Of a DNA stretch of 64,000 nucleotides, positions 1-9,680 are shown in pieces (position 1 is the stretch's first letter; each line of letters starts with the position of its first letter). The translations under genes and the position numbers were made by a program. The notes under the pieces were generated by a model. The model searched no databases and was not told the origin of the DNA. It saw only the letters and a list, made by a program, of their open reading frames with translations. Source of the DNA: Candidatus Nomurabacteria bacterium (GTDB lineage Bacteria; Patescibacteriota; Minisyncoccia; Phycocordibacterales; UBA2100); contig CALRHH010000004.1 in NCBI GenBank assembly GCA_943359395.1, positions 1,699 through 65,698 of the forward strand. The letters run 5' to 3'.

Positions 1-99
1 GAGCTCCGTCTTGGGGACCGGATATGCTTTTTTCAGGTAGGAAACGAGTTTCAATGCGCGCTCACGACGCTGCCTTTGCTTGACTCTTTTCACGGCCAT
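1..99 (-). CDS. nth: Probable endonuclease III, N-terminal part (runs off window)
   Basis: Manual translation MAVKRVKQRQRRERALKLVSYLKKAYPVPKTEL resembles the Nth N-terminus (L...YP...TEL); only 33 aa visible. Confidence 0.6.
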   Translation of the reverse strand, partial: MAVKRVKQRQRRERALKLVSYLKKAYPVPKTEL

Positions 100-100
100 A

Positions 101-463
101 TTACTCTTCGTCAACCACTCCCTCAGCTTCGGCGAGAGCCATAGACAAACGGTACGCCGACGCTTTTGCAAACCCGAACACTTCTAGAGAATACGGCTGT
201 CCCTCGGCGGCGTTAAAAGCGTTTTCAGTCTCCGCAAGTGCCGTTTCAAGAGCACTGAGTGCAGCGTGAATTTCTTCTCTGCGCGCGCTCGAAATCTCCC
301 CTAGGTCCGACGCAACGAGGTTGTTTTCATTCCGCCTCCGTTTTATCCAATCTCTAACCTCTCTGATGATTGCACTGGAGTTTTCTAACTCCCTCCTTCT
401 CTGTTGCAAACGGTCTCCCGGAGAAAAATTATCGTTGGCGGCTTTCCGAACCTCAAATGCCAT
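101..463 (-). CDS. Hypothetical helical protein with AANDN motif
   Basis: 120-aa ORF tightly packed between neighbours; no family recognised. Confidence 0.7.
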   Translation of the reverse strand: MAFEVRKAANDNFSPGDRLQQRRRELENSSAIIREVRDWIKRRRNENNLVASDLGEISSARREEIHAALSALETALAETENAFNAAEGQPYSLEVFGFAKASAYRLSMALAEAEGVVDEE

Positions 464-467
464 ACGT

Positions 468-932
468 CTATTGAACCACTATCGGCACCGAAATAGAATC
501 GTCGTTTTCCGGCATGCCGGACGGATTGTCTCTCAAGAGAACTATTGTTGCCGGACCCGTGTAACCCGTCACCGTGACGGTAGCGATGAAATCGACTGAA
601 TCCACCGTCATCCAGTCACCCTGCGCTTGGGCGATACCTTGCCCTATGAAATTGTTGTCTGCATCAACCACCTTAATGGGAAATGACGCCTCAAAGTACC
701 ACGGTCCCGGGGCACTGCCGGCAACCGTGAAGACCTTGGGAACTGCACTACCGGAGATGGGTAACTTCACAATCACGCGACCGGAAAGCGGTTGAGTTGA
801 GGTCGCGGCAGGAGACGTAAAGGTCCCGGTGACTGGAGAAGCCGGCGCAGGTATTGCAATAAGTGCCCACGAAAGCCCTAAAATCACGAGGAAAAGTAAT
901 ACTAGTACGATAACCCACGTCCGCGTACCCAT
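468..932 (-). CDS. Membrane-anchored Gmad2 immunoglobulin-like domain protein
   Basis: N-terminal TM; motifs G.W.FEASFP and A.AQGDWM..., DNPSG.PEN. Confidence 0.8.
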   Translation of the reverse strand: MGTRTWVIVLVLLFLVILGLSWALIAIPAPASPVTGTFTSPAATSTQPLSGRVIVKLPISGSAVPKVFTVAGSAPGPWYFEASFPIKVVDADNNFIGQGIAQAQGDWMTVDSVDFIATVTVTGYTGPATIVLLRDNPSGMPENDDSISVPIVVQ

Positions 933-973
933 GCACCCAGTATATGACGTTTCGATGCACTAAACCATTACAC

Positions 974-1924
974 TCAGAGTCCGGAGATTACACGGGCAAT
1001 TTTTCCAGAGTCGTGTCGAGCGATATCGGCCTCGGAGAAGAAATCCCCTCGGATTACCTTCGTCGCATAGGTATCAAGTTTTTCGTCACAAAGTATCGGA
1101 TATTTTTTCTCGTTTTCGTATGCGGTCACGAGGGCCGTATCCATCGGTTCGGTGTTGCAAATGGCATAATCAAATTTCTCAAGACCGCTGTAAGCGAGCA
1201 GTTCACGCGCCATATCTGATGCCGCAAAACCGTGCGTCTCTCCCCACTTACTCATAAGGTTTGTGACCATTATTTTCTTCCCTTTGCTTTCCCGGAGAGC
1301 TTCGGACATTCCTCCGACGAGGAGATTCGGAATGACCGACGTGTACGGGTCCCCCGGACCGATAACGATGAGGTTGGCTTCTTGTATTGCCCGCTTAGCC
1401 TCTTCAAACAAGGACGCGGGCGGGCTGAGAAAAACTTCTTGTATTCGAACCGAGCCGTCATGCTTTGGAATATCGATATTGGTCTCTCCGGTTATCTCTT
1501 CCCCATTTTCAAGAATCGCGTGCAAGTCCGACTTATCGACCGAAACGGGAAGAACTTTCCCCTTGAGGTCGAGGAGCTCGGAAGCTTTTCGTATAGCCTC
1601 AATATCACTTCCGTAGATTGAGGAAAGTGCAACAAGAAAAAGGTTGCCAAAGCTGTGGCCGGAGAGTCCCGTGCCTCCATTGAAACGATAGTTGAATAGC
1701 TCGCGCAATATCTCCGCCCGTTTTCCATCCGAAAGTGCGAGAAGACATCGCCGGACATCGCCGGGCGGTAAGACTCCGAACTCATCGCGAAGAATGCCCG
1801 ATGAGCTGCCAGAATCAAACATCGACACGACGGCGGTAATATCGAGTGGAAATTCTTTCAATCCGCGCAATACAACGTAGCTCCCTGTTCCTCCACCTAT
1901 GGTGACAACTTTCTTCATGCTCAT
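974..1924 (-). CDS. yvcK: YvcK/GlmR (UPF0052, CofD-like) gluconeogenesis factor
   Basis: IGGGTG, D.G.SSG.LR, PPGD.R.CL, GH.FGNL, IGPG..YTS.IPNL. Confidence 0.9.
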   Translation of the reverse strand: MSMKKVVTIGGGTGSYVVLRGLKEFPLDITAVVSMFDSGSSSGILRDEFGVLPPGDVRRCLLALSDGKRAEILRELFNYRFNGGTGLSGHSFGNLFLVALSSIYGSDIEAIRKASELLDLKGKVLPVSVDKSDLHAILENGEEITGETNIDIPKHDGSVRIQEVFLSPPASLFEEAKRAIQEANLIVIGPGDPYTSVIPNLLVGGMSEALRESKGKKIMVTNLMSKWGETHGFAASDMARELLAYSGLEKFDYAICNTEPMDTALVTAYENEKKYPILCDEKLDTYATKVIRGDFFSEADIARHDSGKIARVISGL

Positions 1925-1936
1925 GATTGAGAAACT

Positions 1937-2509
1937 CTATACTGCTACGCCGAATTTTACCAGCTCTTCGAGCAGCACCTGAAGAGGGAGCCCGACGACG
2001 TTGTCCATATCTCCTTCAATCTTTTCGACAAACCGTGCGCCCCCGCCTTGGATAGCATAACCGCCCGCCTTCCCTAGGGACTCACCCGTTGCTATATACA
2101 AGATTATTGCTTCTTCGGTCAAAGCACGAAAACTCACTTTAGTTTCGACTGTGCGCGCGATTTTTTCCCCAGTCTTTGTATCAATAATGGCAAACCCCGT
2201 AAGGATGCTATGCGTTTTTCCGCTCAACACGCGAAGCATCTCGCGCGCCTGCTCGAGAGTTACTGGTTTTCCAATTACCCTGCCATCGCATACGACAACT
2301 GTGTCAGCTCCGACGATGAGCGCGTCTGGATGTCGAGCGGCAATCGCCGACGCTTTGCCTTCTGCCAAGTGCTGGACTAAGTCATTCGGCGCAAACGGGA
2401 GCGTCAAATCTTCTTCATATCCGCTGTCCTCCACCGCGAACGGGATTCCAGCCCTTTTCAGGATTTCATAACGCTGTTTTGAGGTGGAGGCGAGAATTAC
2501 CTGCTTCAT
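1937..2509 (-). CDS. maf: Maf family nucleotide pyrophosphatase
   Basis: ILAS.S..R, GADT.V, GKP, LSG..H, KAGGYAIQG, NVVGLP; start set at MKQVILAS. Confidence 0.92.
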   Translation of the reverse strand: MKQVILASTSKQRYEILKRAGIPFAVEDSGYEEDLTLPFAPNDLVQHLAEGKASAIAARHPDALIVGADTVVVCDGRVIGKPVTLEQAREMLRVLSGKTHSILTGFAIIDTKTGEKIARTVETKVSFRALTEEAIILYIATGESLGKAGGYAIQGGGARFVEKIEGDMDNVVGLPLQVLLEELVKFGVAV

Positions 2510-2647
2510 GTGATGTTGTAAAATTACCAAGTCTCGAATCTGCTGATTCGCATGTCGCGTGATCGATTCTGCAGATGATTCAGCAGAATCACCTACGTGG
2601 CTCGTGTCGCGTACTGTCCATTATAACGCGACCTTCAACGCGATCTA

Positions 2648-2676
2648 TTGCATATCTCAAATAAGGCTGCTACTAT
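2648..2676 (+). promoter_or_regulatory. Sigma70-type promoter for riboswitch-metK
   Basis: TTGCAT-N17-TACTAT about 20 nt upstream of the riboswitch. Confidence 0.65.
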
Positions 2677-2694
2677 GCACGCACACACCCCATA

Positions 2695-2790
2695 CGTATC
2701 AAGAGCGTGGCGAGAGTTCCGGCTCAACGAACCACCAGCAGCGTGCTCGAAAGAGTAACGTGCTCCATCCGGCCCTTTACGGGAAGATGC
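2695..2790 (+). ncRNA. SAM-I-type (S-box) riboswitch
   Basis: ATCAAGAG...GAGAG ttcc GGCTC aacGAa CCACC AGCA...GTGCT ccaTCC...AGAT, P1 gtATC/GATgc; lies directly upstream of metK. Confidence 0.85.
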
Positions 2791-2803
2791 TTCATCGAAT
2801 GTA

Positions 2804-2829
2804 GTCTCCCGACAGGGAGACGTTTTGTT
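2804..2829 (+). terminator. Intrinsic terminator of the riboswitch expression platform
   Basis: GTCTCCC-gaca-GGGAGAC followed by GTTTTGTT. Confidence 0.7.
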
Positions 2830-2862
2830 ACTAACCAACAACTAGCAACTAATACTTAGTTT

Positions 2863-3918
2863 ATGTTCCACTCACTTGAGCGATACACGACAGAGAGCGT
2901 TACCTCAGGACATCCCGATAAAGTGTGTGACCAAATATCAGACGCTATTCTCGATGCGTGCCTCGCGCAGGACCCTTCGAGCCGCGTCGCTGTAGAATCT
3001 TTCGGCAGCCACGGTACGCTCATGCTCGGCGGAGAAGTAAAAACGAAGGCAAAAGTAAATTTTGAAAAAATCGCACGCAAGGTATACCGCGAAATTGGAT
3101 ACACGGATACCCTCAAGGTACTCAACACAATCGCCGTACAATCCCCCGACATCGCGATGGGAGTTGATACGGGCGGCGCGGGAGACCAAGGCATCATGTA
3201 CGGCTATGCGACGAACGAAACGAAAGAGATGCTTCCGCTCGGCGTCGTTCTCTCACATGCACTTGCCCATCGACTCGAGAAGCTCCGCCGTGACGGCACA
3301 CTGAAGTGGCTCAAACCTGACGGTAAAACACAGGTAACGATAAGCAATGGCAAGGTCATCACTGCGCTTTGCTCGACGCAGCACGACAAGAAAGTCTCAC
3401 AAGAAGAAATACGGAAGCAGCTCATCAAACACCTTTTCACTCCCGTACTCGGTTCTGTGAAAAACATCGAAATACTCGTGAATCCGACAGGACAATTTAT
3501 CATCGGTGGATTTACTGCCGATGCAGGTCTCACCGGCCGCAAGATAATGGTGGATACGTATGGCGGTGTCATGCCGCACGGAGGCGGGGCGTTCTCAGGA
3601 AAAGATTCAACAAAAGTAGACCGATCAGCCGCCTACATGTGCCGCTTCGTTGCCAAGAATCTTGTTGCAAATGGATATGCAAAGAAAGCTCTCGTCTCTG
3701 TCGCCTATGCTATCGGACGCATCGAGCCGGTCATGATTGAGGCATTTGATGAGAAAGGAAAGAACCTCACGAAGGTTGTGAACGAAAACTTCGATTTCCG
3801 TCCGCAGGCAATTATCGAACGCCTCGGCCTCCGTAAGCCAATATTCCGCGAAACAGCTGCATACGGACACTTCGGAGTAAGCGGCCGCCCGTGGGAAAAA
3901 ATAATCAAACTGAAGTAG
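2863..3918 (+). CDS. metK: S-adenosylmethionine synthetase
   Basis: ESV..GHPDK.CDQISD, GAGDQG, GLTGRK, GGGAFSGKD.TKVDRS, YGHFG. Confidence 0.98.
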   Translation: MFHSLERYTTESVTSGHPDKVCDQISDAILDACLAQDPSSRVAVESFGSHGTLMLGGEVKTKAKVNFEKIARKVYREIGYTDTLKVLNTIAVQSPDIAMGVDTGGAGDQGIMYGYATNETKEMLPLGVVLSHALAHRLEKLRRDGTLKWLKPDGKTQVTISNGKVITALCSTQHDKKVSQEEIRKQLIKHLFTPVLGSVKNIEILVNPTGQFIIGGFTADAGLTGRKIMVDTYGGVMPHGGGAFSGKDSTKVDRSAAYMCRFVAKNLVANGYAKKALVSVAYAIGRIEPVMIEAFDEKGKNLTKVVNENFDFRPQAIIERLGLRKPIFRETAAYGHFGVSGRPWEKIIKLK

Positions 3919-3927
3919 AATGCTGGG

Positions 3928-4578
3928 ATGAATAAGGCTTTCATCTTTGACATGGATGGTGTCCTCGTTGATAGCGAGCGTATCTGGGCTGCGGAAGAGT
4001 ACGATTTCATGGCCGATTTTTTTGGAAAAAACATCGCGGATAAAATGGGCAGCACGATGGGAGTCAGCGTTAATGAGGTCTATCAAAGAGCCGTCAGCTT
4101 CGGGACGTCAATAAAAAAGGAAACGTATGTGAAAACGTTCGACGAAAAGGCACGCTCAATCTATTCACGCGCGTCCTTGATAGAAGGGACGGATGAGTTG
4201 GTTACATATCTAGTATCCCAAGGATTCAAACTTGCCCTCGTCTCGGCGTCCCGACTTAACGGAATTGAACAAGTTTTGCAACAACTCTCGTTCAAAGAAA
4301 AATTTGAGACTGTTATATCAATCAATGATGCCCGTCTTCCTTCGAAACCTGCACCTGATGGTTTTCTTGAGGCACTTCGACGGCTCGACGCCGAGCCGAA
4401 AGAATCTATCGTCCTCGAAGATTCCAATAGAGGCATCGCTTCAGGCAAAGCGGCAGGTTGTTATGTCATAGGCTACAACGGACACCTCACCGAGGGCTAC
4501 GAACAAATCGGAGCCGATGCATATGCCGACACAATGGATGATGTAATCAAGCTCGTTGGGTCATTCGACGGTAACTGA
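3928..4578 (+). CDS. HAD family phosphatase (beta-PGM-like)
   Basis: FDMDGVLVDSE, KP.PD, EDS..G. Confidence 0.9.
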   Translation: MNKAFIFDMDGVLVDSERIWAAEEYDFMADFFGKNIADKMGSTMGVSVNEVYQRAVSFGTSIKKETYVKTFDEKARSIYSRASLIEGTDELVTYLVSQGFKLALVSASRLNGIEQVLQQLSFKEKFETVISINDARLPSKPAPDGFLEALRRLDAEPKESIVLEDSNRGIASGKAAGCYVIGYNGHLTEGYEQIGADAYADTMDDVIKLVGSFDGN

Positions 4579-6387
4579 CTTCGCAAGATTTCTCGGCCTG
4601 TCGGGGTTGTACCCATTCGCTTTCGAGAAGTAGTACGAGAAGAGATGGAGGGGTACAGCGTTCAAAATCGGGGAGAGCATTTCGCTCGTTTCTGGTACAA
4701 AAAATACATCACCTGCTACGCTTGCAACTTCTGTGTCTCCCTCTGTTGTAAGCGCAATCACTGGTCCTTTCCGCGCTTTTATCTGCTGAATGTTGGAGAG
4801 CATTTTCTCATACACGCTGTCCTTCGGTACAATCGCAAATGTGGGAAATTCCTCATCAATCATCGCGATGGGGCCGTGCTTCATCTCACCTGCTCCACAT
4901 CCCTCCGCATGAATGTAAGAGAGTTCTTTGAGCTTAAGTGCTCCTTCGTACGCGATAGGTAGATTATATTTCCTTCCAATGTAAAGAAAGTCTCGAACGG
5001 AGGCATACTTCTTCGCGAGCTCCTCGATCTCCCCTTTACGGTCGAGAATACTCTGGATCTTTTGTGGAAGCGACTTCAGCTCTTGGGCAATTTTCTCGCC
5101 CTCTGATTGAGACATCCCACGCTGCCGACCGAGAAAAACCGTGAGGAGGGCGAGTGCGACGAGTTGGGACACAAATGCTTTCGTAGAGGCAACACCGATT
5201 TCTGGGCCTGCGTGGTTGTAAACACCAGCGTCTGTTTCGCGCGCAATAGTGCTCCCCACCGTATTCACAATGCCGAGAGTAAGAGCACCATGTCGCTTTC
5301 CCTCTCTAAGAGCTTCAAGCGTGTCGGCTGTTTCGCCTGACTGAGAGATGCCGAGAACGATGGTGCGCTCGTTAATAACGGGTTTTCTGTATCGAAACTC
5401 TGAACCAAGCTCTACTTCAACGGGAATACCCGCGTACTCCTCAAGCATGTATTCTCCCACGAGCCCCGCGTAGTAGGCGGTGCCGCAGGCGACGATAATA
5501 ATCCTATCAATCTTCTCAAGCTGCTCCGCAACACTTTCGAGCCCCCCTAACTTTGCAAGACCTTTCTCAGGAATAAGTCTTCCACGTAAAGTATTCACAA
5601 CAACCTCGGGTGCCTCTAATATTTCTTTTATCATGAAATGCTCGTGCCCCCCTTTTTGCGCGGCCTCAGCGCTCCAGTCAATATCCGTAGTGGCCCGATG
5701 TACGTTTGACGCGTCGAGTTTGAAGATTTTATGACCATCAGAAGAAATCACCGCCACATCCCCGTCTTCGAGAAAGACGACCTTACGAGTGTGCGGCAAG
5801 ATAGGTGACGGGTCTGACGCAACGAAGTGCTCGCCGTCCCCAAGCCCGAGCACGATGGGTGAGCCCATGCGCGCAGCAATTATTTTGTCTGGTTCCATTT
5901 TGTACTGAAGCGCAATACCGTACGTACCTCGTACCTCGTTGAGTGCTGCAAGCGCGGCCTTTTCAAAACTCTTTTCCGTCTTCAAGTGCTCTTCTACGAG
6001 ATGCGCCAGTACTTCAGTATCGGTTGCAGACTTGAACTCATGTCCGGCCACCTCAAGCTTCTTTTTCAATTCCTTAAAGTTCTCGATGATGCCATTGTGC
6101 ACAACCCATATTTCCCCGCTCCCATCACTGTGCGGGTGTGCGTTTTGCTCAGTAGGTTCTCCATGTGTCGCCCAGCGTAAATGCGCGATACCGCTCTTCC
6201 CTTTAAAATCTTTTGGTATCTTTTTTCGTAACTCCGCGACAGCGCCTGGGGCTCGTACAACACCTGCTTCTGGCATGAAGATACCAGCCGAATCGTACCC
6301 TCGGTATTCGAGAGAAAGAAGCCCGTCGAGCAGGACTCCGCCAGCTTCTTTTCCCTTCTTACCCGTATAAGCAAAAATCCCACACAT
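4561..6387 (-). CDS. glmS: Glutamine-fructose-6-phosphate transaminase
   Basis: MCGI, LEYRGYDSAG, RWATHG, SQSGET, PRNLAKSVTVE. Confidence 0.98.
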   Translation of the reverse strand: MCGIFAYTGKKGKEAGGVLLDGLLSLEYRGYDSAGIFMPEAGVVRAPGAVAELRKKIPKDFKGKSGIAHLRWATHGEPTEQNAHPHSDGSGEIWVVHNGIIENFKELKKKLEVAGHEFKSATDTEVLAHLVEEHLKTEKSFEKAALAALNEVRGTYGIALQYKMEPDKIIAARMGSPIVLGLGDGEHFVASDPSPILPHTRKVVFLEDGDVAVISSDGHKIFKLDASNVHRATTDIDWSAEAAQKGGHEHFMIKEILEAPEVVVNTLRGRLIPEKGLAKLGGLESVAEQLEKIDRIIIVACGTAYYAGLVGEYMLEEYAGIPVEVELGSEFRYRKPVINERTIVLGISQSGETADTLEALREGKRHGALTLGIVNTVGSTIARETDAGVYNHAGPEIGVASTKAFVSQLVALALLTVFLGRQRGMSQSEGEKIAQELKSLPQKIQSILDRKGEIEELAKKYASVRDFLYIGRKYNLPIAYEGALKLKELSYIHAEGCGAGEMKHGPIAMIDEEFPTFAIVPKDSVYEKMLSNIQQIKARKGPVIALTTEGDTEVASVAGDVFFVPETSEMLSPILNAVPLHLFSYYFSKANGYNPDRPRNLAKSVTVE

Positions 6388-6493
6388 CGCGCCACTCTAT
6401 CACGCCAAGTGAGGATTCGAAATTCAAGCTTGCTTGGATTTCGTCCGAGCGATGGCGGGTTACGCTATCTAGTACCATGTTTGGCATTAAAAA

Positions 6494-7477
6494 TTAACGC
6501 AGAATGAGGTCAGCAGTATCCGCTCGAAAATTATTGATGGCTGAGTGTATTGAGGCGGCATCTGCTGGACGTTGAGGATACGTACGGTTGGATAGGATGA
6601 CGAGCGCGATACCACGACGAAAATCGACAGCCACAGAGGTGCCTGTAAAACCTGTTTTCCCAAATGCCCCCTCGCTCCAACGTTCTCCCATGAACCACGC
6701 TTCTGCCTTTTGCCAGCCCAAGCCCCTTTGTCCCCCTTCGACGATAGCGGGGTGCACCCCTTGCAACAAACTCTCTAAAAAATGCAGGATGTCGGGAGCG
6801 GTGCTGAAAAGTCCTGCGTGGCCGACAGTTCGGCGCGCGCGCGAGAATACGCGCGCACTTTCATCGTGGACCACTCCGCAAATCTCTTCCCCTTCGATTA
6901 TTTCGGTCGGTGCACAATCAGAAGGCGACGGAAAGAAAGTCGTGCTTTCCATCTTAAGTGGTTCAAAAAAGTATCGGTGAGAAAGCTCCGCAAGAGAGCC
7001 GCCTCCTACTCGCTCCAGAACGAGGCCAAGAACATACGCCGGTAGATTCGTGTAGACTCTTTCTCCGGCAGGTCCGTCAAAACCATGCTCGAGGATATGC
7101 ATTCGTACCTCCTCACATGTTCGGTGCGACAATTCAGAGAGCCGTGTCCCACGGACTCGGTAAGTCAGGATGTCCTGGATAGTCGCTCCGTAGTCGTTTT
7201 GTAGTTCAGGTATGTAGTTCGTCACCTTGTCGGTAAGTTGCAACTTTTCTTCGGCAATGAAAGTCAGTGCAAGCGAGGCGACAGGAATGGATTTCGTGAC
7301 AGATGCAAGGTCGTAGACAGTATCTCCCACAACCTTCGGTGAATCCGGCTCGTAGGTAAGCTTTCCAAACGGAAACATCTCTCGGTCACCACTTTTCTTG
7401 ACGAAACCAATGACGCAACCTGGAAACACTTTTTCTCGTATCGCCTGCTCCGTACGACTTTGAATCTCGTTACGCAT
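6494..7477 (-). CDS. Serine hydrolase, beta-lactamase family
   Basis: SxxK (ASVTK), YxN (YTN), GHAGLFS, KTGFTG, LSNR. Confidence 0.88.
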   Translation of the reverse strand: MRNEIQSRTEQAIREKVFPGCVIGFVKKSGDREMFPFGKLTYEPDSPKVVGDTVYDLASVTKSIPVASLALTFIAEEKLQLTDKVTNYIPELQNDYGATIQDILTYRVRGTRLSELSHRTCEEVRMHILEHGFDGPAGERVYTNLPAYVLGLVLERVGGGSLAELSHRYFFEPLKMESTTFFPSPSDCAPTEIIEGEEICGVVHDESARVFSRARRTVGHAGLFSTAPDILHFLESLLQGVHPAIVEGGQRGLGWQKAEAWFMGERWSEGAFGKTGFTGTSVAVDFRRGIALVILSNRTYPQRPADAASIHSAINNFRADTADLILR

Positions 7478-8543
7478 TCGGATACATCGCCTTTATTTCT
7501 TTTGCGAGATAGGGGTTCCACATTGCTCCCGTTGCGGTCATGACAACATCTGCCCCCGCTTCGCGGTATTCCTTGAAGTCCTGCGGAACGGTAACTCCGC
7601 CGCATCCGACTATCGCAAACTTCCCGCCCATCTTTTCGCGCGCTGCTTTCAGACGATGCGTCATGTCGAGACCTGCCCACTTTATCGCCGCACCACACAC
7701 GCCGCTCCGCTCGCGTTTCGGTCCCGGAAGCGCTTGATTTCCCTTCTCATCTAGGATGACCGCGGAAATCGTATTAATAGCGGATATCGCGTGTCCATAT
7801 TTTTCGGCGATGTGTGCGAGTCGTTCAATATCCGCATCGTCCTTGTAGTAGCCAACTTTTAGTATGAGGGGAAGCTTCTTTATCTTGGCGCGTACAGCCT
7901 CGCACACACGCTCGGTCATGTACAGATTGTAACAAACTAAACCTTCATTGCCGATATTTGGGCATGAAAGGTTTGCCTCCAGTATCGGGGCACTCGTCCG
8001 AGCGGCGAGCGCGGCTGCCTGTGCAAAGTCCGCAACGAATTCATCTTCTGTCTGCTTCTCTTTCACCGTGCCCATAAAACTCATGACCATGACTTGCCAC
8101 TTGTGAGCGTACACCACCGCCTTCTTCGCGTCTTCAAGCCATGTCTCGGAGGGACGTGATGGAACTCCGAAAGAATTTGTAATCGAGAGCGGTTCTGAAT
8201 ACACGGGAACAGCGGTAACGGGCCTGCTTGCTTTCTCGAGAGGCAAATCACCTTCGACCTTGACGCCGAGTACGTTTGGAAAAGGGTGGCACGGGAATTC
8301 ATTTGCACGGACCGTCTTGTACACCGCGATATCGAATCCTTTATCGAACGCTCCTTTCACGTAGCCGCTGTTCAATAGAGGGCCAGCGGGAATGCCGAGT
8401 GGATACGCGATTTTCTGACCGAGAAAATCGAAGCGCGGTCTACCGTCTGGCACCACCACCCCATCGGCAAAGCCGCCGAAGGGACCTTGCTTATAGTTGT
8501 CTTCATAGGACTTGAGAGGGTCGTAGAAAGGAGTCTGCAACAT
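7470..8543 (-). CDS. Dihydroorotate/dihydropyrimidine dehydrogenase-like FMN enzyme
   Basis: GIPAGPL, YKT, NSFG, NLSCPN, INT, GCGG; start at MLQTP backed by TATTCT-N6. Confidence 0.8.
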   Translation of the reverse strand: MLQTPFYDPLKSYEDNYKQGPFGGFADGVVVPDGRPRFDFLGQKIAYPLGIPAGPLLNSGYVKGAFDKGFDIAVYKTVRANEFPCHPFPNVLGVKVEGDLPLEKASRPVTAVPVYSEPLSITNSFGVPSRPSETWLEDAKKAVVYAHKWQVMVMSFMGTVKEKQTEDEFVADFAQAAALAARTSAPILEANLSCPNIGNEGLVCYNLYMTERVCEAVRAKIKKLPLILKVGYYKDDADIERLAHIAEKYGHAISAINTISAVILDEKGNQALPGPKRERSGVCGAAIKWAGLDMTHRLKAAREKMGGKFAIVGCGGVTVPQDFKEYREAGADVVMTATGAMWNPYLAKEIKAMYPNA

Positions 8544-8563
8544 AGCTTCAGAATACCACAATC

Positions 8564-9151
8564 TCATTTTCCGGCACTTGGTATTTTCTTCCACTTATTC
8601 GCGTCCATATGCCATTGCGCTACATTTGCCTTCTGCAGCCTGTCCCAGAGCGTCTTCGCGGTCTTAGTATACAATTTCTCATCACGCACGAATTTCCGCA
8701 TTTTTCTCCATTTTTTTGGGAGTTTGTGCCCTTGCTCCTCAAACTCCTTGAGCTCGAGGTCAATATCAAGGTTGTCGGCATCTTTCACTATCTTTGCTTC
8801 TATCGTGTCTCGCCTCTCGTACTGAGCATGGATATCTTCAAAGTCGGGAAACGAAGTACCTACAAAAAGGTCACGTGCTGCGTGAGCGTCATCTGTATTC
8901 GAATATACCTTGTGCACATATGCGAGGTCGGCGGTGCGCGTTTCGGGGAGGTCGTGCGCGAGCGCCATCTTGATGATGATAGCCTCGTCTCCTTTCTTTT
9001 CTTTACGCGCAATAAGAAGAGCGAGAAAAATGACGCGCATCGTGTGCTCAAGGTTACTTGCGCAGGAAACCCCCAAGTGCTGAATCCAGGCACGCGGGAT
9101 ATTTCGGAGCGAGCCTATCTCAAAGAGGAATTCGGTGTCCCTATCCTTCAT
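8564..9151 (-). CDS. HD-domain protein (YfbR-like 5'-deoxynucleotidase family)
   Basis: R..W, EH..RV, AL.HDLPE.R..D, KDAD.LD. Confidence 0.85.
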   Translation of the reverse strand: MKDRDTEFLFEIGSLRNIPRAWIQHLGVSCASNLEHTMRVIFLALLIARKEKKGDEAIIIKMALAHDLPETRTADLAYVHKVYSNTDDAHAARDLFVGTSFPDFEDIHAQYERRDTIEAKIVKDADNLDIDLELKEFEEQGHKLPKKWRKMRKFVRDEKLYTKTAKTLWDRLQKANVAQWHMDANKWKKIPSAGK

Positions 9152-9233
9152 GTGATTTTGCGAAATCATGCCGCGTAATCGTCAATTTAGACGCGGCTCA
9201 GTATACCCCCACAGCTCGTTGAGCGCGAAGCGA

Positions 9234-9650
9234 TTACCGCGACACCTTTTTCAAGACCGCCTTTCCTCTCTTGCTGGCCTTTTTTGCTTGTTTGACTACG
9301 GACGCACCACCCCTCCTCAATTCGACGGCTATCTTCTTCCAGTTGCTCTTGAGTTCCTTAGCAGCGCGTTCTATTTCCCCACGGTCAAGGTTGCGAACGC
9401 CCTTGTAAGCACGCGTGGATTGCTCAACGATAGCAGCGACTGCAGTGCGGTCGATTTTCTTGAGCGCCTTCGCACGCTTCACCACATCCTTCTTTAACTC
9501 TCTTGCCCACCGTGCCGCTATCCGACGATTTTTCTTTGCGTCTTTGCTTGCGTAGAAGTAGTACCCTGCGGCAGCCAACGCGGCTGCTGCAATCACCCCT
9601 GATCCCACCTTTCCAACCTTGCCCGATTTTTTCTTTTTTGTAGTAGCCAT
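9234..9650 (-). CDS. Hypothetical basic membrane-anchored protein
   Basis: Ala-rich TM (AAAALAAAGYYFY) followed by Lys/Arg-rich helices. Confidence 0.75.
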   Translation of the reverse strand: MATTKKKKSGKVGKVGSGVIAAAALAAAGYYFYASKDAKKNRRIAARWARELKKDVVKRAKALKKIDRTAVAAIVEQSTRAYKGVRNLDRGEIERAAKELKSNWKKIAVELRRGGASVVKQAKKASKRGKAVLKKVSR

Positions 9651-9680
9651 ATATTTTTTAAAGCCTATAAATTGCCCACT

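Noticed and set aside
6388..6493. glmS ribozyme upstream of glmS
   Set aside because: No AGCGCC...GACGAGG core, and a -10 box 6 nt before the ATG leaves no leader.
9200..9215. AGTATACCCCCAC as another TIR copy
   Set aside because: Only the TATACCCC part matches and there is no partner end.
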